In this document: one piece after another, positions 1-13,750 of the stretch
How positions within the stretch are numbered: the stretch's first letter is position 1
Layout of the letters: the number at the start of each line of letters is the position of its first letter
DNA from: Macrostomum lignano
Taxonomy: Eukaryota
Length of the DNA stretch: 64,000 nt
Direction of reading: 5' to 3'
NCBI GenBank assembly: GCA_002269645.1
Contig: NIVC01000396.1
Location: forward strand, 434,001-498,000
Notes under the pieces: generated by a model
Told to the model about the DNA's origin: nothing
The model's input: the letters and a program-made list of their open reading frames with translations, nothing else
Databases searched by the model: none
Translations under genes and position numbers: made by a program

Positions 1-1199
1 AATAGTTTCTGTCTGCCTGTCTGGTCTACCGCTTTTGAAACTGTTTTGTAGCCGCCACCGCCGCAGCCGCCGGCGGGACTGGGAGCGGCTGAGCAAGGAC
101 GGGTTGGGGGGGGGGGGGAACGGGGAAAATAGGAGTCCATCCAGGAGGCTCTCAAGTGAATCCCCGCGTCTCCCATTTCCCCGCCAGTCCTCAAATCCCC
201 AGGTCGCCCCCCCCCCTGTGTCTGAGTCCGAGCTGTTTTGCGTGCTCAGAGTGATGTCACTCCGAGCCGCCTGGACAAGGGGGGGGGCGCGAACAGCTTT
301 GCTCTCGCGCGTTGACAACCCCATCGGCCTCCTAATTCCTTGCCTGGCCCCAGCCTGAGCCCCGGCGACCGCCTGTCAATCAAGCGGCTCAGCCGTCGCC
401 GCCGCCGCCGCCATCGTGTCGTGTCAGCCCTCCCTGCCCTGCCTCTCCCCGCCGGCTCTCGATGAGGATGCACCAGGCAGATGAGGCAGCGAGCAGGAGC
501 CCCCATAAGCCTGCATGGAATGCTTTAAGCTACCCAGTGGAGTGGTGGCCTGAGTGCTTGCTTTCCATTGCGAGTGTCTGCCGCAGTGTCCTTCACTGCT
601 TGTCCCTCCCTTCTCCCCGCCTCTCCGCCGGCCCTATCAAGCAAATTTTCTATTTTCCAACAAAATTTGCTTCTATTTTATCCATGAGCTGGACTTCCAC
701 TTTCCCTGCCTGTCTACCTGTCCATCAACCTGTTCCATGGCTACCGCCCATCCCCCGGCCACCGCAGTAATGCAAACTTATTAATTATATGTTACAAGCA
801 CTGTGGAGTTTGCTAACTTCTCTGCAAACTTGTTGCTCTCTGTGAGAGTTGGGCACTGGCGAGGACAGGGGGGGGGGGCGACCTCGGGCCGCGGCGGAGA
901 GCCAGTCTAAGCGGGAGAGAAATTGCTGCAGCAAAAACTACGGCGATGAAGAGATGAGGAGATCGAAGGCGGTTCTCCCAGGCAGGGCGGGCATGGGGAC
1001 TCAACCTCCCCCTAATCTGGGGCAGCTCATTCCCAGTCTCCGGGCCAATGCAGTACAGTAAGTATTATTATAATTACTATCATACGCAGCCTCCTACTCA
1101 CTATCTGAGGAGTATCGGAAATCGATGCGGGACAAGAAATTAATGGGAGCCTGGACTGGCCCAGCAGCTCAAATCGAAGTTCCTGAGCCGTCGTGCTCG

Positions 1200-1690
1200 C
1201 TGTGGCACTGGGATTAAAGCAGTTTTTATCCCATTCGAGTGCAAAATCCGGTAGGGAAAATGAATAATCACAATAGTATAGTCAGTCACAGTCACGGTGT
1301 CTGTGCTCGGGTCAATGCACGGGTCAACACTACTAATTGGACCCAGGCTGGATCAGCTACTGCTCAACCTCTGACGGGACGATCGGTGAGGTGAACGAAA
1401 GTGTCCCTATGGCTACCTGGTTTTGGGCTAAGCTTAATGAAGCGAGTTGGTTCCCTAGCACCTGTTCAGTTCAATGCCTTGTTAAGATTCTCTCTCCATC
1501 TGTGTCTCCCTTGCATTCCTTCTCGCGAATTCCCTGCTCGAACTTCAACAGCCAGCACTTCTCAATCCCTGCAACTCAAGCCAGCCGCCTCCTTCGGCCT
1601 AACGAAGGCGCAGATCCGGAAGACTGTGACAGCAGGTAAAAGTGGGAAGTAGGTGGAACTCGTTAGCCAGGGAGGCGCCTGACTACCTTT
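1200..1690 (+). mobile_element. Possible relic of a tyrosine-recombinase (DIRS/Ngaro) retroelement
   Basis: Frameshifted pieces QFNALLRFSL, NFNSQHFSIPATQA, GLTKAQIRK, GRWNSLA echo the YR H-x-x-R and GRW motifs. Confidence 0.3.
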
Positions 1691-1898
1691 AAACCATGGA
1701 CTTTAAGGAGCAATTCGAGGGAAGCTCTTAGCTAAGGATGCTGAACTACGATATTGATTTACCTGGAGCAGTGTGCAGCTCACTGCTCAGCTCTGGGGTC
1801 CGCCTCTCTGTCTGACTCAATATCAAAACTTATTAGACTATAGCGTAGTCAGGCTCCTGTTGCATAGGCTCTGTGTTATCGCTAAGTAGTCTGCATAT

Positions 1899-2345
1899 CT
1901 AGTCTAGTCTATATATATATATTCTAGTCTCTGTATCTAGTCTAGTCTCTATATCTATTCTAGTCTCTATATCTATTCTAGTCTCTGTATCTAGTCTAGT
2001 CTCTGTATCTAGTCTAGTCTCTATATCTATTCTAGTCTCTATATCTATTCTAGTCTCTGTATCTAGTCTAGTCTCTGTATCTAGTCTAGTCTCTATATCT
2101 AGTCTAGTCTCTATATCTATTCTAGTCTCTGTATCTAGTCTAGTCTCTGTATCTAGTCTAGTCTCTATATCTAGTCTAGTCTCTATATCTAGTCTAGTCT
2201 CCATATATATTCTAGTCTCTATATTTATCTAGTCTAATCTCCATATCTAGTCAAGTCTCCATACTTAGTCTAGTCTCCATATCCCCTATTCTAATCTCTA
2301 TACCTAATCAATTTTCTATATCTATTCTCTCTAGTCCCCATATTT
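1899..2345. repeat. About 18-bp minisatellite (TCTAGTCTCTATATCTAT/G)
   Basis: Direct inspection. Confidence 0.9.
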
Positions 2346-2998
2346 AGTCTAGTTTCTGTTTTTCATATCTATTCTCTCCAGAATCTATGCATCCACTCTA
2401 TTTAGTCTCTATTTCTAGTAACTATAACTATTAATATATACCTGTTTTCCCGGCCTTACCTCATCTACTCTAACTTTCTGTTTTCTCCTCTTCTAATTGT
2501 TCCTCATCTTCTTTGTTTTGTTATCCCATTTGTGAGTCGTATTTATTTTGCTCAAAGTTCTGTTTCAGCAGAACAGCATCTCTCCATCTATCTGCCTATC
2601 CATCTAAAGAGACAAAGAGGCTGCTTTATCTGGGGGCAGAATTAACGTGCGCATATTCCCAGGTAGAGGCTCTTAGTGCAGGGAGGTTGACACTTATCCA
2701 TCAAGTAATGAGGATATTCCCCTCCAACCCTCATGTCACACTCTAACGCCCTGCAACAAAAAAATCTTTACAAGATGTGTCGCCAGCCCAGCAGCTTTTT
2801 GCTGGGGTTGCATTTTGTTAGAATGAATTGGGGATTTTTGTCAAGGGTCGCGCTAGGATCTAAAAGGGATTCGTCAGTCAAGAAAGGGCTTGACAAATGT
2901 GGCATGTAAAAGCTTAATGCTTTCTAAATAACTGTTGTTGCAAAGTAAAAGTTTGACAATATAGGGAAAAATGGGACAAAAGAAATATAGAAAAAAAT

Positions 2999-3548
2999 GT
3001 CTATGGTGTAGGGAGTGTGTCTATGGTGTAGGAAGTGTGTCTATGGTGTGGGAAGTGTGTCTATGGTGTGGGAAGTGTGTCTATGGTGTGGGAAGTGTGT
3101 CTATGGTGTGGGAAGTGTGTCTATGGTGTGGGAAGGTTGTCTATGGTGTGGGAAGCGTGTCTATGGTGTGGGAAGTGTGTCTATGGTGTGGGAAGTGTGT
3201 CTATGGTGTGGGAAGTGTGTCTATGGTGTGGGAAGTGTGTCTATGGTGTGGGAAGTGTGTCTATGGTGTGGGAAGGTTGTCTATGGTGTAGGAAGTGTGT
3301 CTATGGTGTGGGAAGTGTGTCTATGGTGTGGGAAGTGTGTCTATGGTGTGGGAAGTGTGTCTATGGTGTGAGAAGTGTGTCTATGGTGTGAGAAGTGTGT
3401 CTATGGTGTGGAAAGTGTGTCTATGGTGTAGGGAGTGTGTCTATGGTGTGGGAAGTGTGTCTATGGTGTGGAAAGTGTGTCTATGGTGTAGGAAGTGTGT
3501 CTATGGTGTGGGAAGTGTGTCTATGGTGTGGGAAGTGTGTCTATGGTG
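2999..3548. repeat. 20-bp tandem repeat CTATGGTGTGGGAAGTGTGT
   Basis: About 27 near-identical units. Confidence 0.95.
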
Positions 3549-3654
3549 AGGATGTATGTCCTTCGTCTACGAGCTAGGGACACTAGGTAAAGATGCATGT
3601 GCTGAATAGACTGTGTCTTATGGTCAAAGGGATTTTCGTATGTGTCCATGGGCA

Positions 3655-3798
3655 CAAAATACTGTGTCCATAGGCTAGAATACTGTGTCCATAGGCTAGA
3701 ATGCTGTGTCCATAGGCTAGAATACTGTGTCCATATGCTAGAATGCTGTGTCCATAGGCTAGAATGCTGTGTCCATAGGCTAGAATGCTGTGTCCATG
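3655..3798. repeat. 21-bp tandem repeat TGCTGTGTCCATAGGCTAGAA
   Basis: About 6 units. Confidence 0.9.
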
Positions 3799-4176
3799 GT
3801 GCTTTCGAAGCTTAAAAAAACTGAGCAAGCCAGAAGTTGATTCTGCCAGTCCTCATGCGGAATTCAAAGCTGGCCAGAGACAGGAGTTTCATATTTCCCG
3901 ATACTGCTCCCAGATAGCTTTGTGTGAGCATCTGAGCAGCTCAGTTCGGGCGTGAATTCGTTTGATCAGGAGACTGGGATGCTGCGGCTTCCTGTTCTCG
4001 TTTCCTCATCAAAAACAGCTTTGAGACGGGTGGCTGGAGAAAAACTGTTTTGAACAGCGACCTGACAAGGATAATGGCTTGGTGGGCCAAATTGGACTGA
4101 GATGCCCCTCCCTTTCGGACTGTCTTGACATTCCCTCAGCCAGGGAAGGAATGCGTCCCTGCGGCTCTGCTGAAAC

Positions 4177-5038
<862 letters not shown>

Positions 5039-6464
5039 AGCATCGCACTCGGATGCAAGGCTGTGTCAGACGCTGTCAGGCAGGCGAGTCTCACCCAGCT
5101 CCAGTACCCCCTCTCCTCGGTGATGGATGGCAAACAAGCCACAGACAGGCAGGCATTCGAATAGAAAACCGATTGCCAGTCGGTCCGCTCCACCTCCCTG
5201 TTGCCCTCTTGCGCCCCTTCCCGTGACCGCTGGCTCTCCTTCTCCTACTTTCCTAGAAAGCTTTTTTCGCCCCGACGCCAACCCGGGGCGCGGGCGGACG
5301 GACACGAAATTACAATTTACACCGCCAGGGCCAGAATGTCCTGTCTGCCTTTGCTGTTCGGCGCACAAAAACACGCACAACAGGGGGGGGGCTGGCATTT
5401 GCAACCGCCTCAATAAATTCCACTATACAGATATGCAGGTTTTTTTGCTAATCACCCAAAATCGTCTTCTCTGTTGCTAAGGGCGGCGCGCCTACTCGCG
5501 TGAATTTTATTGTGCGCATGCGATGCGCCAAACGATCGCTGCTGATAACCCGGAGATTCGATGCCGTGATAACGGGCTTCAAGATGAAGGAGACTGACAT
5601 CGGAAGGCAGGGAGATGCGAGGACTGGGCGGCAGCTGTTGAGTGCACATTCGCCGCTGCTCTCAACTCTCGAGTGGGAATCTCGAGGAGCAGCGCTGACG
5701 TCACACACTCGTCGGGCGAAACTCCCTAGTGCTCAAAGACTTTCCTCAAACTATATGAAATCTTGCCTTGTAGAAAACAAATTGAGATTTGAGCTGCTGA
5801 TAGAGATGGGGGGTTGGGAGACAGTCAGACAGGGGCCCTGCTCTCAGATCAGATGAGTCAGCGAGCGTGACGCACCCCCCTTCCCACCGCCACCCTATGC
5901 TCAACCAGAGCTGATCAACGGACTCATTGTCCGGAATCTACCCAAATTTTTTAATCGCCTAAATTTTAAGTTTGAAAATATTTTTAGATAGGAACTTTCA
6001 GCGGAGAAGACGCTGGCAGTGTGGCAGTCTGAGAGGCCAAGGCGCTCCGCCCAACCCCCGCTGAGAGGTTTTAATAAACTGGAGAAAGTGGCTGTGCATG
6101 CGGTCAGTTCGGCCACAATGGGTCTGTCCGGGCCTCTGTGTGGTCTCTCGGCCTTCCGCAGAGCTCTTGGGGCGAAGGTGACTGACAGATGTCTGTCACA
6201 CTGTCTGCTAGCAGCTGCCTTGCTGCGTGACTAAAAGCTTTCACTGGGCTGCTGAGTAGCACACGGCTACGCTTAGCTGAGCTCAAATAATTCATTGTCT
6301 CATTGAGCTGTGGATTGATTTGTTTGTGTGAAGCATCGGAGCGACTGAGTTAGTGAGTAAATCAAGGAGCGAGTGAATGAGTCAAATGTGTTCAAGAATG
6401 AGATCATGAGCTTATATGGGAGTTCATAGAATATGAGTTAATGGGTGTGATCGTGAGTTCCTGA

Positions 6465-7065
6465 GTTCCTGAGTTCCTGAGTTCCTGAGTTCCTGAGTTC
6501 CTGAGTTCCTGAGTTAATGAGTTCCTGAGTTCCTGAGTTCATGAGTTAATGAGTTCCTGAGTTCCTGAGTTCCTGAGTTCCTGAGTTCATGAGTTCCTGA
6601 GTTCCTGAGTTCCTGAGTTCCTGAGTTAATGAGTTCCTGAGTTCATGAGTTCATGAGTTCATGAGTTCATGAGTTCCTGAGTTCATGAGTTCATGAGTTC
6701 ATGAGTTCATGAGTTCATGAGTTCATGAGTTCCTGAATTCCTGAGTTCCTGAGTTCCTGAGTTCCTGAGTTCATGAGTTTCTGAGTTCCTAAGTTCATGA
6801 GTTCATGAGTTCATGAGTTCATGAGTTCATGAGTTCATGAGTTCATGAGTTCATGAGTTCCTGAGTTCATGAGTTCATGAGTTCCTGAGTTCATGAGTTT
6901 CTGAGTTCATGAGTTCATGAGTTCATGAGTTCCTGAGTTCATGAGTTCATGAGTTCCTGAGTTCATGAGTTCATGAGTTCCTGAGTTTCTGAGTTCCTGA
7001 GTTCATGAGTTCCTGAGTTCATGAGTTCATGAGTTCATGAGTTCCTGAGTTCATGAGTTCGTGAG
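6465..7065. repeat. 8-bp tandem repeat GAGTTC(C/A)T
   Basis: Direct inspection. Confidence 0.95.
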
Positions 7066-8740
7066 TTCAAGAAAGAGTTACCGAGTACAAAAGTGAGCTC
7101 ACGTGCTTACGCAGTGAGCTCAGACTCAGAGGTGGGAAGTCTTGGCTCCGCAGCCAGCTGCTGCCCAGCCCAGATCCCCAACTGTTCACGCATCTCAGCT
7201 CCCATCGGGGGACCCCAGCTGCTTCTGCGGCAGCGCTTGCCCAATTTGACTATGAAGCCAAGATGAGAAAAAAATTGCTCATTCCCGGCAACACTTCTCA
7301 TCATCCTCGTCCCCGCGCCGTGGGAATACCCGTTCGACGGAAAAATCCCTCCCAAAATATCTCCCTGTCTGCACCGGGTTTCGCTGCCGTACTGGTCGGG
7401 AAATAGCACGACATGCAAAATCATCTCTTCGCGCTGCCTTCCCCTTATTTTCAATTTTCGCGCCGGCAGAGCAGAGTGCTTTTCCCACCTCTTTTGGGGG
7501 CCGCCTTAGTGTTTTCCTTCGCGGCCACTCCGGCTTCTTCTCTTGTCCCCGAGCAGTGATGGGGCGGGGTTTGAGCAAAGGCCTTTTAAAATATTTCTGC
7601 TTCATCATTGCTACTTTCGCAGCCAGTCTCTCTCTCTCTCTCTCTGTGAGCAGGAATCCACTCGATTCCAGCTGGGCAACTCAGGACGAGCAATCTGGAA
7701 GAGAAGTTTTCAGACTTCCTTTGGCCTGCTTTATTATTGTGCTCAGCGTCTGGAGTGGCAGGGAGAGCATGATGAAGAGCGGCAACTGCGAATGAAGAGG
7801 CACCGCCGGTCGATCGAAGTGAAGAATCGAACCACCGACCTTAATAACCCCCTCTCCTGCCTCAATTAAGGCCGAATTACTGCAGCCAGCGAGCCACTCA
7901 CCCAGTTGACGTGGACCCTCTCCGTCCAAGACGACCTGTTGTCACTCCCTGCTTGCTGCTGCTGTGGTTATTGCGGCTCTGGCTTCGTCTCAATCTTCTC
8001 TTCTTATTTCCTGAGCAGCAGCGCAGGCAGTTTTTCTGGCCGAAACTGTCCAACAAATAATTGATGGCCTCAGCCAAATCACAAATGGTCGGGCACGGGG
8101 GGGGGAGCAGCTCTATTAGTGACTTCAGCTTTGCAGCGATCGCTGATTGGCTGCTTTCAAGAGAGCCAATCAGCGATCGCCTGAGGATATGGGAGGATTC
8201 AGGCTGAGAGAGACAATGCGATGCCAGCAATGCAGAAGGCCTGGCTGGCTCTATTCATAAATCAATTCAGTCTGCTTTTGAAAGGCGCAATTTTTTCAAT
8301 ATTTACTCGCTCGAGTAAAACGAAAATTGCTTAGCAAAAAAGCTAGATTGTTTGCTTTCAGCAAAATTGCTTTTTATTGTACTTTTGCCGCGTTAGACTT
8401 TTGCCACAAGGCTTCGGAGAGAATCAATTACATGCAATTGTGTAGGAACTTGATGGCGGCAACTTCAAACGGAACTTGTGTGTCACGGCCAGATTCACAT
8501 AATAGATGAGCGAACGGAAGTTAACTGGCTGGGCTGAACTTTATCGTAATTTGAACTGAAACTTTGAGGTTTCTAAATAGTGCGCGTCGCTTTAAAGAGC
8601 TTTCAAAGTGCGCTGAGATTGCAGGGTGGTCGGCGACTTCAAAGACTCTGACTGACTGAGAATGCTCTAGTGAGTTGGTGAATTTATAATGATTGGCTGA
8701 AGCAAAGTGGTGGTTAAATTTTTCTTTTCCTTTATTATTA

Positions 8741-9387
8741 GCGGCAACTTCAAAGGGATGATGGGAGCTTAAAAATAATCCGGCGGCAAATTCAAAGGGA
8801 TGGTCCGGGTTTTAAAAATAATCAGTTGGCAACTTCAAAGGGATGGTCCGGGTTTAAAAAATAATCAGGAGACAACTTCAAAGGGATGATGGGAGCTTAA
8901 AAATAATCCGGCGGCAACTTCAAAGGGAAGGTCCAGGTTTTAAAAATAATCAGGAGACAACTTCAAAGGGATGGTCCGGGTTTTAAAAATAATCAGGCGG
9001 CAACTTCAAAGAGATGGTCGGGAGTTTGACAAAGGCGGCAACTTTAAAGGCATACTCTGGGTTTTAAAAACAATCAGGCGGCAACTTCAAAGGGAAGGTC
9101 GGGGTTTAAAAACAATCAGGCGGCAACTTCAAAGGGATGGTCGGGGTTTAAAAACAATCAGGCGGCAACTTCAAAGGGATGGTCGGGGTTTAAAAACAAT
9201 CAGGCGGCAACTTCAAAGGGATGGTCGGGGTTTAAAAATAATCAGGCGGCAACTTCAAAGGGATGGTCGGGGTTTAAAAATAATCAGGCGGCAACTTCAA
9301 AGGGATGGTCGGGGTTTAAAAACAATCAGGCGGCAACTTCAAAGGGATGGTCGGGGTTTAAAAACAATCAGGCGGCAACTTCAAAGG
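8741..9387. repeat. 42-bp tandem repeat AATCAGGCGGCAACTTCAAAGGGATGGTCGGGGTTTAAAAA(C/T)
   Basis: About 16 units. Confidence 0.95.
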
Positions 9388-10204
9388 AATCAGAGTTAAT
9401 TTTGGAGGAATTCAAACGCTTAAATGAAAAATGGACTTTGAGCCTAGTTTTGGAGCTCTATCGAGACAGAAGGGGGTCGACTTGATTAGAATTCATTGCA
9501 GCCGAATCAAACTAAAATTCTGGAATTCTCTAGAATGCTTCAAGCGAGCTCCCAATTAGGCACCAATTCAAAAATAGACCAAGTCTTACTTGAGAGATCT
9601 CTTGTAGCTGAAACTTAAAACAAAATGTCTCCAAAGCCCTGCAGATGCCCCAGAGTTGAAGCGCTGCGCGGCAGTTCTCTGCTGCCGCTGCTTTCTTTCT
9701 TGGTCTTCTGTGCAACAGATTGCGTCCTTGGGGCGCCTTTTTCATTCCCTCAGGGCCTGAGGGGCAAAATTTGAAACTAGAGACAGAGAGCTGAGACATT
9801 CAAGACAACTGTCTGCCCTGGCATCATTGTATAGTCCACTTTATTCAATGGGGTAGGAAATGCAAATATGATTGGGGGGCTTCGGGTGTCCCAGCCTCCT
9901 TGCAGCCTTCCCTCTTTCTAATCGCTTCAACCCCTCCATCCAGTCATCTGCCAAATTAGTCCTGACAGCAGGAGAGTCTGGAGAGGCAGCCATGCCCCGC
10001 CGTTATTCGCTCCGTTGCGTCATCTGTGAATTTTGGTGGCGCCTCCCTCTGCAGCCACGCCCACCCCTGAAAATTGCTGCAGAAAAAAATTGGGTTCTGT
10101 CTCACATGCTTTCTCAATTCTTACATCTGAGTTTATAGAACTAAAGCTCAATTCATTTTTTATGAGTAAGCGGTGACTCAGTTTTAGTCGATGACCAGCT
10201 TGTC

Positions 10205-10790
10205 TCTCAGTTGCATAGAATTTGCACGGGTTGAGTCTATGGCCAGTACCAATTGTATAGAATCTGAACGGGTTTAGTCTATGGCCAGCACCAATTGCAT
10301 AGGATCTGCATGGGTTTAGTATATAGCCAGTACCAATGGCATATAATCTACATGGGTTTAGTCTATGGCCAGTACCAATTGCATAGAATCTACATGGGTT
10401 TAGTCTATGGCCAGTACCAATTGCATAGAATCTGCATGGGTTTAGTCTATGGCCAGTACCAATGGCATAGAATCTGCATGGGTTTAGTATATAGCCAGTA
10501 CCAATGGCATATAATCTACATGGGTTTAGTCTATGGCCAGTACCAATTGCATAGAATCTACATGGGTTTAGTCTATGGCCAGTACCAATTGCATAGAATC
10601 TGCATGGGTTTAGTCTATGGCCAGTACCAATGGCATAGAATCTGCATGGGTTTAGTCTATAGCCAGTACCAATTGTATAGAATCTACACGGGTTTAGTCT
10701 ATGGCCAGTACCAATTGCATAGAATCTGCATGGGTTTAGTTTATGGCCAGTACCAATTGCATAGAATAGGAGTTTAGTCTATAGCCAGTC
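10205..10790. repeat. 42-bp tandem repeat TTGCATAGAATCTGCATGGGTTTAGTCTATGGCCAGTACCAA
   Basis: About 14 units. Confidence 0.95.
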
Positions 10791-11357
10791 AATGAGTGCA
10801 AGTACATTACGCTCATTCTCCAGGTCACCCTGCTATTTCCTTTTTTGTGGAAGCACCTATTGCTACTCAAAGTAGCACAGTAAAGAATTTAAAGAATTTT
10901 TAGGCAACTTTACTTTCAAGACGCATTAAATGAGAAACCTGAATAATTTTTTGGCATGTAGGTAGAGTCCAGAGCCAGGTGCCTCGGGTGTCCTCTCTGC
11001 CGGAAATCTGAGCCGAGCTCTGACGCTAAAAATAGGATCTTAAAACCACTCGACTTGGGATTCAGTCATCAAAGTTTTATCATGTGCCAGCTTTCACCTT
11101 GACAGGCCAGGTGAGGGGGACTCTGATTACGGATATTGATAAGCCGCACTTCCTGCTGCGTAAAATGGAGTCTTTGGTGCGTAAGTTTGACGGGCTCCTG
11201 GCTCTGCTTTGATGAATGACTAAAATAGCCTGGACAACAAAAGCAAGAGGACTCCACCGCCGAACACTACATGTAAATGGACAATAACTCACCTTGTGGA
11301 CCCTCTTTTTCTTGACGAATATTTCTCGAGCGAGTGTTGTCCATGCAGTTTGTCTAA

Positions 11358-11800
11358 CTCGGCGGTCTGGTGCCTGACGTTCGCGACGACCTGCGACGTC
11401 GCCGAGGACTTGCCTGGGCTGACTTCCGTTACGTGAGGGGGGCTGTCCTGCAGTCTGAGGCCCTGCCTGACCGCCAGAGGGCGGCGTTGTTCCAGGCGGT
11501 GACCGAGACCGTCCTGCTGTACAACGCCGAGATCTAAACGCTGATGGAATCGCTCGACCTTCGCGCGCCAACTTCAAGATCGGCTACGAGCGAGTCACCA
11601 ATGCGGCACTCTATCGCCGCACCGGCCTGTCCCGTCGCAGCGAAATGTTGTGCTGTCAGCGACTCCAGCTGAGTCCTACTGCCCGTAGCCGGTGCAGGAG
11701 GTGCTGCTGCTGACGCTGCAGGCACCCTACCGGCGAGGAGACGCGCCCACTCGGCGTTTCGTCGACTGCCTGCCGGCTGATGCCGACGCCCCGGACACTG
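11358..11800 (+). mobile_element. 5'-truncated, decayed RTE-type non-LTR retrotransposon (RT C-terminal region)
   Basis: LGGLVPDVRDDLRRRRGLAWADFR...ALFQAVTETVLLYNAE-stop, then ERVTNAALYRR...PVQEVLLLTLQAPYRRG in another frame; the VLLY.AE motif is typical of RTE/CR1-type RT tails. Confidence 0.75.
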
Positions 11801-12439
11801 TTTGCGAATAAAAATATTAGCTCATAGTGCGTGACATTTTTCCAATTTAGCGCTTAATAATGCTCGAAGCTTTGCATCTGGCTTCCTTCTTTTTCGTTAA
11901 TGAGAGAAAGTCAACAGCCGGGTATCCACCTCTTGATAGCTTCTATTAATTCTATTAATTTTTAATTAATCAAAATTTTTTCGTGTTTGAGTCTTTCCTC
12001 GAAACGACAAGTTAAGGCTTCGAAGTTGACGTATATTTGATTAAATCGCGATTTAACTTTCCCCAAGGATTAAAATTTGACTTTGAAGTGACGAAGTTAA
12101 TTAGAGGGACATGGAGAGAGGGAGTCCAACAGAGTATATGGGGGGGGGGGCAAGCAAAGGCCAGCTGAGGTCCTGCGGCATCGTCGGCAAGAAAGTTGCA
12201 AATTCCGAAGAAGTGAAAGCAATTTCGACTATTGGAAGAATCGCCCGGGGCGACGAGACAGGGATGGACTTATAGCTCTGTGCAGCGTGGGCGGGGCACA
12301 TCCCGGACAGAAAGCTCGGGCATGCGTCGCCGCAGAGGACAAGTACAGAAGTCCGCGACAGAGTATGGAACTCCGAGTTTTAGCCTCATCACGACTTTAG
12401 CTGAGAACTGAGATCTCTTCTTGAGAGCACGACTCACCT

Positions 12440-12630
12440 GACAGGGATCAACAGACAGGCTACTTGGGACAGACAGGGATCAACAGACAGGCCAGAAGGG
12501 ACAGACAGGGATCAACAGACAGGCCAGAAGGGACAGACAGGGATCAACAGACAGGCCAGAAGGGACAGACAGGAATCAACAGACAGGCCAGAAGGGACAG
12601 ACAGGGATCAACAGACGGCCAGAAGGGACA
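12440..12630. repeat. 32-bp tandem repeat ACAGACAGGGATCAACAGACAGGCCAGAAGGG
   Basis: About 5 units. Confidence 0.9.
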
Positions 12631-13240
12631 GAAAGGGCTGCTATTGAGACCGGCAAAAGGATATTGAGGACTGAGAAACCTGGTGATAAAGCCCCCCCCC
12701 CAATTCCCAATTGTCTCGCCATCCGCAATTGATGTCTCGCAATTGATCGGCCTCGCACCTGGAAGTCCGTTATACTTCAGATTGCCATGAAAGGAAGGTG
12801 CTTGGCCAAACCTACTAAGCTATTATTCTTGGTCAGTGAGGGTCGTGCTTGCGTGTAGGCGGGAGCGGAAGCCGAGGGGAGCAAAGAAGAATAACAAGTC
12901 CCCACCAGCCTAAATTTAGAACCAGTTCGAGTGGATCCGCCCGATGAACGGCCTGAGCGAGGTGAGTCGAGGCCGGTTGCTAGGGCGGGGGAGCGATGGT
13001 CTTGCGATTTTCGCTGGAAGACTGCCGCTGATTCAATCAAGCCTGCACTGTTCAGCTTTATGAAGCAGGAAGTCCGCGAGTTACTGGGCCACGAGCAAAC
13101 CTTCCTGCCGCCTTTGCCTGCTTTGGGGCTTCGATCGACCCCTAACGAATGTCATCGTGTTTAAATATAGCCTTGGGAGCCACTTCAAGCGTGCCCAATC
13201 CCAATGCCTTAGAACTTGGCGCTAGTTTGAATGCAGATGG

Positions 13241-13750
13241 GGTGTCTGTGATGTCTTCAGTGTATTCGGTGTCTGTGGTGTCTGTGGTGTCTGTGGTGTC
13301 TGTGGAGTCTGTGGAGTCTGTGGTGTCTGTGGAGTCTTTGGTGTCTGTGGAGTCTGTGGAGTCTGTGGTGTCTGTGGAGTCTGTGATGTCTTCAGTGTAT
13401 TCGGTGTCTGTGGTGTCTGTGGAGTCTGTGGTGTCTGTGGTGTCTGTGGTGTCTGTGGTGTCTGTGGTGTCTGTGGAGTCTGTGGTGTCTTTGGTGTCTG
13501 TGGTGTCTGTGGTGTCTGTGGTGTCTGTGGAGTCTGTGGAGTCTGTGGTGTCTGTGGTGTCTGTGGTGTCTGTGGTGTCTGTGGTGTCTGTGGAGTCTGT
13601 GGAGTCTGTGGTGTCTGTGGTGTCTGTGGTGTCTGTGGTGTCTGTGGTGTCTGTGGAGTCTGTGGTGTCTGTGGTGTCTGTGGAGTCTTTGGTGTCTGTG
13701 GAGTCTTTGGTGTCTGTGGTGTCTGTGGTGTCTGTGGTGTGTGTGGTGTC
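13241..13750. repeat. 9-bp tandem repeat G(T/A)GTCTGTG
   Basis: Direct inspection. Confidence 0.95.

Noticed and set aside
7062-7410. Open frame QERVTEYKSELTCLRSELRL...
   Set aside because: No start codon, no convincing splice pair, weak codon bias and no recognisable homology.
11285-11357. Strong minus-strand donor CAAG/GTGAGT after a short ATG-led frame
   Set aside because: No partner exon was found and it abuts the LINE fragment; cannot be supported as a gene.
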